Below are positions 13,140-24,330 of a DNA stretch of 64,000 bases, piece after piece (position 1 is the first letter of the stretch; each line of letters starts with the position of its first letter). Below the pieces are notes generated by a model. That model made no database searches and was not told the DNA's origin. It saw only the letters and a list, made by a program, of their open reading frames with translations. A program made the position numbers and the translations under genes. The DNA comes from Heterodontus francisci (taxonomy: Eukaryota): contig NC_090384.1 of NCBI RefSeq assembly GCF_036365525.1, positions 55,239,895-55,303,894 on the forward strand, in the 5' to 3' direction.

Positions 13140-16100
13140 GAACATAGAAGCATGAGTAGCCATTCAGCCCATCGAGCCTGCTCCACCATTCAATACAATC
13201 AGGGCTGATCATCGACTTCCATGCCTTTTCCCCACACTATCCCCATATCCCTTTATACCACTGGTGTTTAGAAATCTGTCAATCTCTGTTTTAAACATGC
13301 TCAATGACTGAGCTTTCACAGCCCTCTGGGGTACAGAATTTCAAAGATTCACAACCCTCTGAGTAAAGAAATTACTTCTCATCTTGGTCCTAAGTGGCTT
13401 CCCCCTTATTTTGAAATTTTGTCTGGTTCTAGACACCCCAACCAGGGGAAGCATCTTACCTATCCCTTTAAGTATTTTGTAGGTTACATTGAGATCACCT
13501 CTCATTCTTCGAAACTCTAGAGAATACCGGCCCAGTTTCCCCCATCTCTCTTCATTGAACAGTCCCACCATCCTGCGAACAAGTCTGGTGAATCTTCGTC
13601 GCACTCCCTCTATGACAATAATATCCTTCCGAAGGTAAAGGGAATAAAACTGCACACAGTACTCCAGGTGTGGTCTAACCAAGGTTTTATAGAATTGAAG
13701 CAAGACTTTGCTGCTCCTGTATTCAAATCCTCTCGCAATAAAGGCTAACATACCATTAGCCTTTCTAATTGCTAGCTGCACCTGCATGTCAGCTTTCAGT
13801 GACTTAGTGACGACGACACCCAGGTCCCTTTGTATATCTACACTTTCTAATCTCTTACCATTTAAGAAATACTCTGCACATCTATTCCTCCTACCGAAGT
13901 GGATAACCTCACATTTTTCCACATTATATTCCATCTGCCATGTTCTTGCTCACTCACTAGGTCTGTCCAAATCCCCTTGAAGCCGCTTTGCATCTTCCAC
14001 ACAACACACATTCCGACCTAGTTTTGTGTCATCCGTGAACTTGGAAATATCACATTTGGTCCCCACATCCCAATCATTGATATATATTGTGAACAGCTGG
14101 GACCCAAGTACTGATCCTTGCGGTACCTCACTAGTCATAGCCTGCCAACGTGAGAATGGCCCATTTATTCCTACTCTCTATTTTCTGCTTGATAACCAAT
14201 CCTTAATCCATGCCAGTATATTACCTTCTATCCATGTGCTTTCATTTTGCTAACCAATCTCCTGTGGAGGGACTTTATCAAAAGCCTTCTGAAAATCCAA
14301 GTATACTACGTCCACCAAGTCCCCTTTATCAATTCTACCAACATCCTCAGAAAACACCTACAGATTCGTCAAACATGATTTCCCATTCATAAATCCATGT
14401 TGACTATGTCCAATCAGATCATTACTTTCCAAGTGTCCATTTATCACATCATTTACAGCAGATTCTAGCATTTCCCTACTATTGATGTAAGGCTAACAGG
14501 TCTGTAGTTCCGTTTTCTCTCTCCCTCCCTTCTTAAATATTGAGGTGACATTTGCAACCTTCCAATCTGCAGGAACTATTCCAGAATCTATAGAATTTTC
14601 AAAGATAATCACCAATGCATTCACTATTTTCATAGCTACTTCCATGAACACTCTGGGATGTAGAACTTCAACCTTCAGCCCCATTAATTTCTCCAATACA
14701 ACCTTCTTACTAATACTAATTTCCTTCAATTCATCATTCTCCCTAGTCCCTTGGCTCCCTAATTCTGGGAGATTTCTTGTATCTTCCTCAGTGAAGACAA
14801 ACATCAATTAATCATTTGGCTTCTCTGCCATTTCTCTATTCCCCATTATAAAGTCTCCTGACTCTGCCTGTAATGGACCCACATTTGTCTTAGCCAAATG
14901 TTTCCTTTTTACATACCTATAGATGCTTTTACAGTCTGTTTTTATATTTTGTGCTAGTTTACATTCATATTCTATTCTCCCTTCATCAGTTTCTTGGCCC
15001 TCCTTTGCTGTATTCTAAAATCCTCAGGTTTACTATTATTTCTGGCAACTTTATAGGTCTTTTAATCTTATACAATCCTTAAGTTGTTTTCTTAGCCACA
15101 GTTGACTGACTTTTCCTTTTGGGTTTTTATGCCTTGAAGGAATGTATAGTTGCTGTAAACCATGTAATAATTCTTTAAAGACTATCCATTGCCAATGTAG
15201 TCATACCTTTTAATGTATTTTCCCAATCCACCTCAGCCAATTTGCCCCTCATACCGTAATAATTTCCTTTGTTCAAATTGAACACCCTGGCTTCAGATTG
15301 AACTACCTCACTACTCCAGTTCAGTTTCTGCTCAATGGTAACCCCCAGTGGGGGATTCAATAAATGTATTGCCATTGAACATCAAGGGGAGATGATTAGA
15401 TTTTCTCTTGTTGGAGATGATCATTGCCTGGCACTTGTGTGATGTGAATGTTACTTGCCACTTCTCAGCCCAAGCCTGGATATTGTCTAGGTTTTGCTGC
15501 ATTTCTACATGGGCTGCTTTAGTATCTGAGGAATCGTAAATGGTACTGAACATTGTGCAATCGTTGGCAAAAATCCACACTTCTGACCTTATGATTGAAG
15601 GAAGGTCATTGATTAAGCAGCTGAAGATGGTTGGGTCTAGGACACTAACTCAGGAACTCCTGCAGTGATGTTCTGGAGCTGAGATGATTGACCTCCAACA
15701 ACCACAACTATCTTCCTTTGTGCTAGGATTGACTCCAACCAGCAGTGAGTTTTCCCCCTAATTCCAATTGATTCGTTTTGCTAGGCTCCTTGATGCCATA
15801 TTCAGTCAAATGCTGTCTTGATGTCAAGGGCAGTCATTGTGACCTCACCTCTTGATTGAGCTCTTCTGTCCATGTTTGAACCATGGAATGAGATCAGGAG
15901 CCGAGTAGCCCTGGTGGAATCCAAACTGAGCGTCAGTGAACAAGTTATTGCTGAGCAAATGCTACTTGATAACACTGTCAATGACACATTCCATCACTTT
16001 AATGATGATCAAGAGTAGACTGATGGGGTGGTAATTGGGCAGATTGGATTTGTCCTGCTTTTTATAACCTTTTTGTGTACAGGACATACCTGGGCAATTT

Positions 16101-17340
16101 TCCACATTGCTGGGTAGATGTCAGTGTTGGAGCTGTACTGGAACAGCTTGGCTCGGGGCGCAGCAAGTTCTGGAGCTCAAGTCTTCGAGTAATCCTGAGA
16201 TTACTGGTCTTCGAGGTCCTGCTTTTTAATTTCCTTCCTAACTTTCTAAAATCTGTTTTTAGGACCTCATCTATCCCTCTTACTACGTATGCCATTGGTA
16301 CCAATGTGGACCACGAGCTCTAGCTGTTCACCCTCCTCCAGAAGGATGTCTTGCAGCAGCTCCATGACACCCTTGACCCTGGCAACACACCATCCTGGAG
16401 TCACAATTACTGCCGCAGAAATGCCTGTCTGATCCTCTATCGAATCCCCTATCAATACTGCTCTTCCACTCTTCTTCCTCCCCTCCTGTGCAGCTGAGCC
16501 AGCAGTGATGTTACAGAGTTTGCTCTGGCTGCACTCCCCTGAGGAACCATCACCCTCAACAGTATCCAAAATGGAAAACCGATTAGCAAGATAGACTCCT
16601 GCACTACCTGCCTGGTTCTCTTAGACTACCTGGCAGTCACCCATTCCGTCTCTGCCTGCAAGCTCCTAACCGATGGTGTGACCACCTCCCTACACGTGCT
16701 TTCCACATAATCCCCTGCCTTGTGAATACACAACAGTGACTCCAGCCGCTGCTTGAGTTCCGAAACCCAGAGCTCAAGCTTCTGCAGCCGGTGACACTTC
16801 CTGCAGATGTGTTCATCTGGGACACATGGTGTGTCCATGACCGCCCACATACTACAGGATGTACATTCCACTTAGCCAAGCTGACCCACCATACTGTATC
16901 TTTAAAAGCTATTTATTACAATTAGAATAAGCACAATAACTTACCAATTACTCACCAATCAGCTTCTTTCCCTGTACCGAAGTAAAAGCCAGCTACTGGA
17001 GGTTGACAAAAGGTAGAAGGAGCACCTCCCTCACCGAACTCCCTCACCCATCAAACTCCCACTTTACACTCTGTGCACTCAAAGCAGCACTCAGTGCAGA
17101 CCAAATTGCACTGAGGAAGCCCTGCTTTAATACTTTCTGAAAAACTAATTCAAGCTTCTGAAAACCAATTTAAGCCAGCTACCTAAGTAACTAGCTGCAG
17201 CTCCTCCTGGAGAGCTTGTGCACCCCGGTTTTAAAGCTGGAATATAACTTAACTTAATTTAAGTAATTTGAATTGAAAGAATTTAATTAAACTGAAGAAA
17301 AAAAACTAGACTTTGGATAGAAATTAACCCTTAAACATCC
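13140..17340 (-). mobile_element. Degenerate CR1 LINE (ORF1 zinc-finger/esterase plus RT) interrupted by a nested LINE
   Basis: ORF1 MECTSCSMW..HICRKC and GRAVLIGDS; RT fragments VPQGSVLG, FTDDTKL, RPHLEYCVQF. The endonuclease region is replaced by the 15312-16185 insert. Confidence 0.85.
15312..16185 (-). mobile_element. Fragment of a second CR1/L2-clade LINE family nested in CR1
   Basis: RT fragments TALDIKTAFD and IFANDCTMFSTI; homologous to 33846-35850. Confidence 0.75.
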
Positions 17341-18246
17341 TCCTGACCAGCTCTCAATACAGTTCTAGAATACTGGAGTATCTTAGGGATTCAGATAGAC
17401 AAATGGTTTGAAATGGGAAGCCAAGTCAATAAACACTAATGAAAGTGGAAAAGTTTTGTAAATAGGAAACAGCATAAAAAGCAGAGTTAATACTAAACCC
17501 ATACAAGACACTGGATAAATCATAATTAGAATAATGCCAATTTTGACTGCCTTATTTTAGGATAAACATCAATGCCATGGACAGGGTGCAGGAGAAATAT
17601 ACAAAATAAATAATCAGAACAAGTTTACCCAATGTTTGGTGTCACCCAGGACAATTCAAAATTACATCACCAAAGTGGCTCTAAAGGCACAAACATTTGT
17701 AAAGAAGCTATTTGTCAATAAGGAAGCAAACAATATTTTCAATGGTATATATTTCACTTATGCATCACCATTTACCACTTTTGTATTTAGCACAACACAA
17801 TACAGTCACTGTTTTAATGAAAAATAATCTTTTTACATGACAACATTCCATAATTTTGTATTTCACTATCATCCATATATTATAGAAAAATAAAAATCCA
17901 CTAACAATTCAGCAGTTTATAAACATGATCGGGAAACATTACAATGTGATTTGCCTCTTAATATACCATTTCAGAGCGCATTTTAACAGTTTTCTGAACG
18001 AACCTCTAAATTCCGCATCTCCATTTTTTTCCACCCATCTGTTTCTGTCCTGAAAATAGTACATCTGGTATGATGAAGTTCCACAAGCACCTGCAGCCAT
18101 GTCAGCTCACCCACGTGACCACTCTGTATGTGTGGGGCCAGATGACATTTTGGCATATTTCCCTGTGAAAAGCTTTACAGCCGGAAATAATCCTGTCTTC
18201 ATCCAACTGCATTCAGTAGTAGGAACCACTGGATAATAATCAATGT

Positions 18247-18565
18247 GCAGTGGTTAGCACCGCAGCCTCACAGCTCCAGCGACCCGGGTTCAGTTCTGGG
18301 TACTGCCTGTGTGGAGTTTGCAAGTTCTCCCTGTGACTGCGTGGGTTTCCGCCGGGTGCTCCAGTTTCCTCCCACAGCCAAAGACTTGCAGGTTGATAGG
18401 TAAATTGCCCTTAGTGTAGGTGGGTGGTAGGAGAATAGTGGTAGGGGTTGTGATAGGAAATATGGGATTGATACAGGATTAGTATAAATGGGTGGTTGTT
18501 CGTCGGCACATACTCGGTGGGCCAAAGGGCCTGTATCAGTGCTGTATCTCTAAGTAAAAAATAAA
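18247..18565 (+). mobile_element. HE1-type V-SINE
   Basis: Near-identical to the 2710-3010 and 23981-24330 copies. Confidence 0.85.
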
Positions 18566-18968
18566 TAAAATAAATGAAAATTCCTCCCTAGCCCAGGGGG
18601 TACACAGATGAAATATAGCATTCTTGGAATTAACTCAGCCAAGGATAGTTTTTTCAACACAATCTGAAAATTGACTCTAGGATACCCTGATTTTAATTGC
18701 TCATTACAACAATAGGTGGTATAGTTGCCCACTGAGCCAGTGGAATCAAAAACTGTCAATCTCCAAATAGATAACCTGAATCCCAGTTTTAAATGGGCTA
18801 AACATTTCAAGCTAGCTTTCTCATTTTAATATCCACCTGCTTCGTAAAACAAATGTTAAAAGTATAATGATGTAGTTTAACTTTTGTGTGGGAACAATTT
18901 AAAGTAAAACTTGGACCATGTAAAATTGTCCTTTGGACAAAACAGGTGCAACAAATCTTTACATTTAC

Positions 18969-19282
18969 CTTAAAATACCAAATGCATCTCCTTTTCAGTT
19001 ACTTTTTTAGTTTTTGAGTGAATAACCCGACATCGGATTAGTATGTCCCGATCAGATGGTTCTGGAGAAAATTCTATTTTTGTTACTGAACAGAAGAGAC
19101 CATTTGCAGCAATTTCAGTCTTTGTATTAGCCACCGGTCCTGTGAAGGGCTGCTTGCCTTTGAACCACTTAACTTCAATTTCTTGAGGTGTATAATCAGT
19201 CAGTAAAACAGTGAAAGTTGTCACTTTGTTTCTGGCTGCGTTGGGTTGCATTTGATTTCCGACAGTGGCATTTCTGACAAAC
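18969..19282 (-). pseudogene. Last visible IgC1-type exon, apparently frameshifted; B-strand Cys absent; stop just before a phase-1 donor
   Basis: Acceptors ttttaag| (exon start 19282) and tgtcag| (19273) read in phase 1 give (GLS)EMPLSEIKCNPTQPETK* with TGA at 19221-19223. The C1 body (NKVTTFTVLLTDYTP..W..NGLFCSVTKI..IRCRVIH..LVF*) is in another frame. Lengths of 314 or 305 nt are not multiples of 3, unlike all intact exons. The exon ends TTT TAA G|gtaaat. Confidence 0.7.
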
Positions 19283-19759
19283 CTTAAAACAGAACAGAAT
19301 ATGCAAATAATGAGTTAGTGCTATTTTCTGCAGATTGGTAGTTTGTCTCAACATTTTATTAAATGTATGTTAAATAATTTTGACAAATTAAATTGTTTAA
19401 TTTGGAAAATTTGGTTAGTATACTCATATGGTACAGCTGGGGTCGCTAGAAACAAAGGTAGGACTGAAGGAGTGTTTGGAGGCTGTGCAAGAGCCACAAC
19501 TCAAATATTCAACGGGATACCATTAAAAAAAGACTAAAAATAGATGTCATCAGGCCCAGATGATATGCATCCCAAAATACTGAAAGGATTAGGGGAAGGC
19601 GCTAAAAATCTTGGGAGATGGGAATTCTTCCAAGTTAACGCGAAAACAGCAAATGCTATACTGTTGTTTAAGAAAGGGATAAAAGGTAAGGAAATTAAAG
19701 TCTTGATTATTAATAAACTTTTACAGTCTATAATACAGGATGAAATTACTGGACAGCTG

Positions 19760-20222
19760 CTACCAAGTTATGAAGATAGATTGGAGAAGTTAAAAAAAAA
19801 AATAAAAAAGTTAGAACTGTTTTCCTTGAAGAAAAGGCTGAGAGGTGATTTGATAAAGGTGGTCAAAATCATGAGGGGGCTGGACAGAGTAGATGGAGAG
19901 AAACTGTTCCCACACGTGAAAGGATCGAGAATGAGGGCACAGATTTAAAGTATTTGGTAAGGGAAGCAAAAGTGACATGAGGAAAAACTTTTTCACGCAG
20001 CGAGTCGTTAAGGTCTTTAATCCGCTGCCTGAGAACGTGGTGCAGGCAGGTTCAATTGAAGCATTCAAAGGGAATTAGACAGTTATATGAAAAGGAAGAA
20101 TGTGCAGGGTTATGGGAAGGCAGCAAGGGAATGGAACTGAGGGAATTTCTCTTTCAGAAAGCCAGTGTGGACACGATGGGCCGAATGGCCTCCTCCTGCA
20201 TTGTATCGATTCTGTGATTTTG
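19760..20222 (+). mobile_element. Short 3' CR1 fragment; same subfamily at 3020-3410, 51645-52005 and 54640-54930 (-)
   Basis: RLRGDLIKVVKIMRG; shared tail tgaaaaggaagaatgtgcagggtta.gg. Confidence 0.8.
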
Positions 20223-20232
20223 TGAAATGCAC

Positions 20233-21290
20233 TGTTAATTCAGTCCCACTACTCCATAGGTCATAGCATATCAAATAAAGTTTCCCACCGACTGAAGAAT
20301 AGCCAAATAAACATTTTATTTGTCCCCCAGAATAAAGTACACCAAACCAGGTTTCTTTAAATAACATTAATTACGTATTAGGAAAAAAAAAGTCTTAACT
20401 ACTAACAAGATAAATCTATATATATGAAAAACTTCCTTACTTCCTTAACCCTCATGTACACACATATACATTTAAAAAAAAACTATTAACCGGGAGGAAA
20501 AGGATTTTGGTTTACAGCATTTTATTTTAGGAATAGAAGGAATAATAAAAATGATCAAGTTTAACATGTTCTGGTAGGATGTTTTCAGTACAGTGAAGTG
20601 TTCCAGAGTTGAGTAGTCCGATGTCACGTGAAGTCTCTCCAAGCAAGATTGATGAACAGTCTGATAGGTAGGCATTCACGGCAATTAAACTGCGGCAGAC
20701 GTCACATAGGTCTTCCATCACGGATGTAGCAACAGTCTAGCAGTAGAAGAATGCGTCAGATATCAGGATTTCTTAGCGCACAGGAGGCAGCAGGAACCAC
20801 AATGGATGCAGGGTTTCTTCTCAAGAGATGTAGGATTTCTTTACAGAGATGCAAATCTCCTTTATAGAGAGAGGTAACACTTTTCTGGGCCGTCCTCTCT
20901 TGCTCCAGGCAGGTCAAAACAAAGATTTCAAATTCCTGCTCTTTGTCCAATTCACTGGCTTTTTAAAGGGTTCAAAGTTATAAAAGAACCTTCCTGAACA
21001 TGGTCACATGTCCAGACACAGTGTCTCCCCCTGTCACTTAAAAGCTACCCATGAAAAGAGGTCAAACCCCTGTGGTTTCCTTGAAATTGCCTGCTGTCCT
21101 AGCCTTGTACAAGTTCAACTTCCTTTCAAAGAACCTATAAAGTTCAAATTTTTTTTACAAACTTCCTTTAAAAACATTGCAGAAATTCCAACTATCTGCA
21201 GGTGTCTTCTGCTGAGCAAAAATCCTTTTCTTAGCTTTTAATACACACAGAATTCTGAGTTCTGAGTATAAAAAAAAACCTTTGGTAACG
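20233..21290. mobile_element. Possible solo LTR
   Basis: About 1.05 kb non-coding block starting TGTTA and ending GTAAC(G), with near-matching flanks GCAC/GCAG. No internal genes. Weak evidence only. Confidence 0.3.
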
Positions 21291-21721
21291 CAGTCAATAT
21301 GGGTTTACAAAAGGTAGATTGTGTTTTGGGAGAGCCCTAAAGGTAGCAGCTCTGCATGGCAAACAACTGCACCCAGAAGGGTGATTTTAGTAGCAATTGC
21401 TCCTGACATTTCTCCGAGCTTTTACTAATGGTTTCAAGCACCACATCTGGGATCCTGCCTCATTTGGCATGCAAAACTTAATGGAAGTAACCAAAGTGTA
21501 ATGATTCAACACTTGGCAAACTCTAGTCCTCTGAAACCAAAGGTCTGGTCCATTTACCCATCTAGGTCCATTTACAATGGAAAGAAAAGGACTGAAAACA
21601 GGCATTCAAGTGTAGATTATCTTCTGCAGACATTTTTGTAGATAATGTGATAAATTCAGTTCTCATTTCCTAAATACTCTAGATTCCAGAGTAATTAGGG
21701 TTTTGTACCATTTTAACATAT

Positions 21722-21902
21722 CGGACAGTGTTAACCGTAGGTGTTGTTTAATAGGATTGGATAAAGCTTCATGTTCCACTACAAAGACAATTTCCTTATG
21801 ATCCAAAGCTGTTGGTGTTAACTCCAGGCATGAAAGTAACCAATAATAGCCACCTTTTTCCTCCTCAGGATCTACATCTGTGACTCCACTAAGGCAAGTC
21901 TC
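21722..21902 (-). pseudogene. Relict C-terminal half of a fifth post-TM IgC1 exon; 5' half lost at an L2 junction; donor mutated
   Basis: Manual translation ETCLSGVTDVDPEEEKGGYYWLLSCLELTPTALDHKEIVFVVEHEALSNPIKQHLRLTLS matches the D-E-F-G strands of the sister exons (GxY..S.L.L.P..D....VxH..L). It ends TCC G|atatgt at the phase-1 donor position, one change from gtatgt, and abuts L2 RT sequence at about 21905. Confidence 0.75.
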
Positions 21903-21904
21903 TT

Positions 21905-22465
21905 AAGGGCAGCATGTAGATGAGAAATAGGAGGGGGCCAAGGATAGATCCTTGGGGGAACACCAGCGGTAACAGTACAGGAGCAGAAGAAAAGCCATTG
22001 CAGGTGATTCTCTGGCTACGATTAGATAGGTAAGAAGAATGGAACCAGGCTGCAGACAAATGAAGGAGGATGAGGTGGGAAAGTTTATCTTTGTAACGGT
22101 CACCTAGGATGTCATTTGTGACTTTGATAAGAGCTGTTTCGGTATTATGACAGGGGCGGAAACCCAATTGGAGGGATTCAAAAAATGGCATTCCGGGGAA
22201 GATGGGAATGGATTTGGAAGGTGCCAAACGTTCAAGGACTTGGAAAAGAAAAGGGAGGTTGGAGATGGGATGGTAGTTTGCAAGGGCAGTGGGATCAAGG
22301 GTTGTTTTTTTGAGGAGGGGGGCGATGATGGCAGATTTAGAGGAAAGAGGACAACATCTAAAGAGAAAGATCTTTTTACAATATTGGCTAACATGGGGAC
22401 CAGGAGGGGAAGTTGGATGATCAGTTCTTTTTGAGAATAGGATGGAGGGAACAGGAGGTGACATC
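21905..22465 (-). mobile_element. L2 LINE RT fragment abutting the relict Ig exon
   Basis: ANYHPISNLPF, GFRPCHNTETALIKVTND, FPQGSILGPLLFLIYMLPL are typical L2 RT motifs. Confidence 0.85.
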
Positions 22466-22589
22466 TAATTTTAAAGTTCAGTTGGCCTCAGTCTATTTCT
22501 TAACTTTCATTCCTTTTTCACACATCACCAAGCTATTCCAGTTCTCAATGTAGTTCATTAGCTAATTGCAAAAGCCCTGAAACAACTGT

Positions 22590-22975
22590 TAATTATTTAA
22601 TAGGGCTCGCTAACCAATGCATTAGGGAATAACATTACAGTTAATTGTTCAATAGATCTCAGTAAACAATTGATAGGGGAATAATGTTACATTTAATTAT
22701 TAAGTTGGCTCTATAAACAATAGATAAGAGATCATGTTGGCTGCTAATTAATAAATTGGACTCAATAATCAATCCATATGGGAATAAAGTTAGTTAATTC
22801 TTAAGTAATGCTCAATAACCAATGTTAAATAATTGTTAAATAGTGCTGGATAACCAATACCTAGGGAATAGGGTTAGTTAATTAATAAATGTTTGTTAAA
22901 CAATACATTGAGTAAAAAGGTACATCAAATTATTAAATAGGGCTCAATAACCAATACATAGGGACTGTTCATTAT
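22590..22975. repeat. Degenerate AT-rich tandem repeat, unit about 48-50 bp, about 8 copies
   Basis: Recurrent unit aattattaaatagggctcaataaccaatacatagggaataa..gtt, for example starting near 22591, 22839 and 22928. Confidence 0.7.
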
Positions 22976-23980
22976 TAAAATTAACCTGTTCAAATTTTAC
23001 AAAAAATTAATGCTTCAGACAATAACAGAGCATTGCTTCTACCTTTATTTTCTATTGTTATCCATGATGCAGGAAAAGCAAAAGGTTCTGAAGTCGAATA
23101 AAATTGTGCATCTACTGGAATTTCAGAATAACTTATCTATTATATGCTGATCTAGTAAGAATGGTACTGTAAATCAGGATTTGCACAGAAGGTTTTATGC
23201 ATACTGAATACTGATATCCAAAGAGCTCAAATTAAAGGCAAAATTCTTGCATTCCCCGTTACTTATTATACTTCATGTCAAGGTCAATTAGCTCACTAAT
23301 TCATATCCATGATAGTAACAACTGACATTTTCTTTTGGTCAGAATGGATTGATGCTGATCATCCACGTTCTTCGGTTTGATTCCAGACCCTGTTTTGCCT
23401 TTTCTGCCACTTTCAATATTAGCCAATCTCTGAATTCCCCCACTCCAATGCCTAGAATTCCAGATTAGTTTGTCAGGTAGAACTGCTATGTTATTTGTTC
23501 AACTTATTCCAAATTATGGGCAATTTTACATTGTGGCCTGGAAGCAGCTAAGTTGAGACTTCCAAAAAGACTCATTATACTTGGCTAAATTCAAACCTAG
23601 GCCACAGAGGTGAAAAGGTGAGACTAACAAAACATTTCATTCAGTTTTCATAGGTTTTTTTAGTCTAATTAATATTTAGTCAGTTAAAAATCAAGAAATT
23701 GTGTGTTCCCATATGCAAACCAGGTATTATTTTGATGTGAAATGATCTGAAGTATCTTAACAGGACCCTGGCTGTTGCTAAAACCAAGATCAACTCATAG
23801 ACTTGAGTTCAATATTATCACAGTATAAGACTAAGATATGGCAGCACAGGTTGCCAGGACTGCAGTATGTGGGAGCTTGTGGACAGTGAGACTATCCTGA
23901 ATTGACATGTCTGCAGCAGATGACACCATTCAAATCTCTCTGACTCAGAATCATTGAGCTGGAAGCAAGTTGAAGACACT

Positions 23981-24330
23981 GGGCGGCACAGTGGCGCAGT
24001 GGTTAGCACCGCAGCCTCACAGCTCCAGGGACCCGGGTTCGATTCCGGGTACTGCCTGTGTGGAGTTTGCAAGTTCTCCCTGTGTCTGCGTGGGTTTTCT
24101 CCGGGTGCTCCGGTTTCCTCCCACAAGCCAAAAGACTTGCAGGTTGATAGGTAAATTGGCCATTATAAATTGTCACTAGTATAGGTAGGTGGTAGGGAAA
24201 TATAGGGACAGGTGGGGATGTTTGGTAGGAATATGGGATTAGTGTAGGATTAGTATAAATGGGTGGTTGATGTTCGGCACAGACTCGGTGGGCCGAAGGG
24301 CCTGTTTCAGTGCTGTATCTCTAATCTAAA
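23981..24330 (+). mobile_element. HE1-type V-SINE, full length
   Basis: gggcggcacagtggcgcagtggttagcaccg (A box), gggttcgattcc (B box), V-domain, tail gggccgaagggcctgtttcagtgctgtatctctaa. Confidence 0.9.

Noticed and set aside
22590-22975. CRISPR-like repeat array
   Set aside because: Vertebrate context, degenerate head-to-tail units without unique spacers, and no cas genes.
23043-23114. Possible 72-nt phase 1-1 mini-exon on the minus strand (ttccag|TA..AAAG|gtagaa; VDAQFYSTSEPFAFPASWITIENK)
   Set aside because: Weak splice sites and no similarity to Ig domains; such patterns arise by chance. Needs RNA evidence.
23981-24050. tRNA gene
   Set aside because: The A/B boxes are the tRNA-derived head of an HE1 SINE, followed by the V-domain and a LINE tail.
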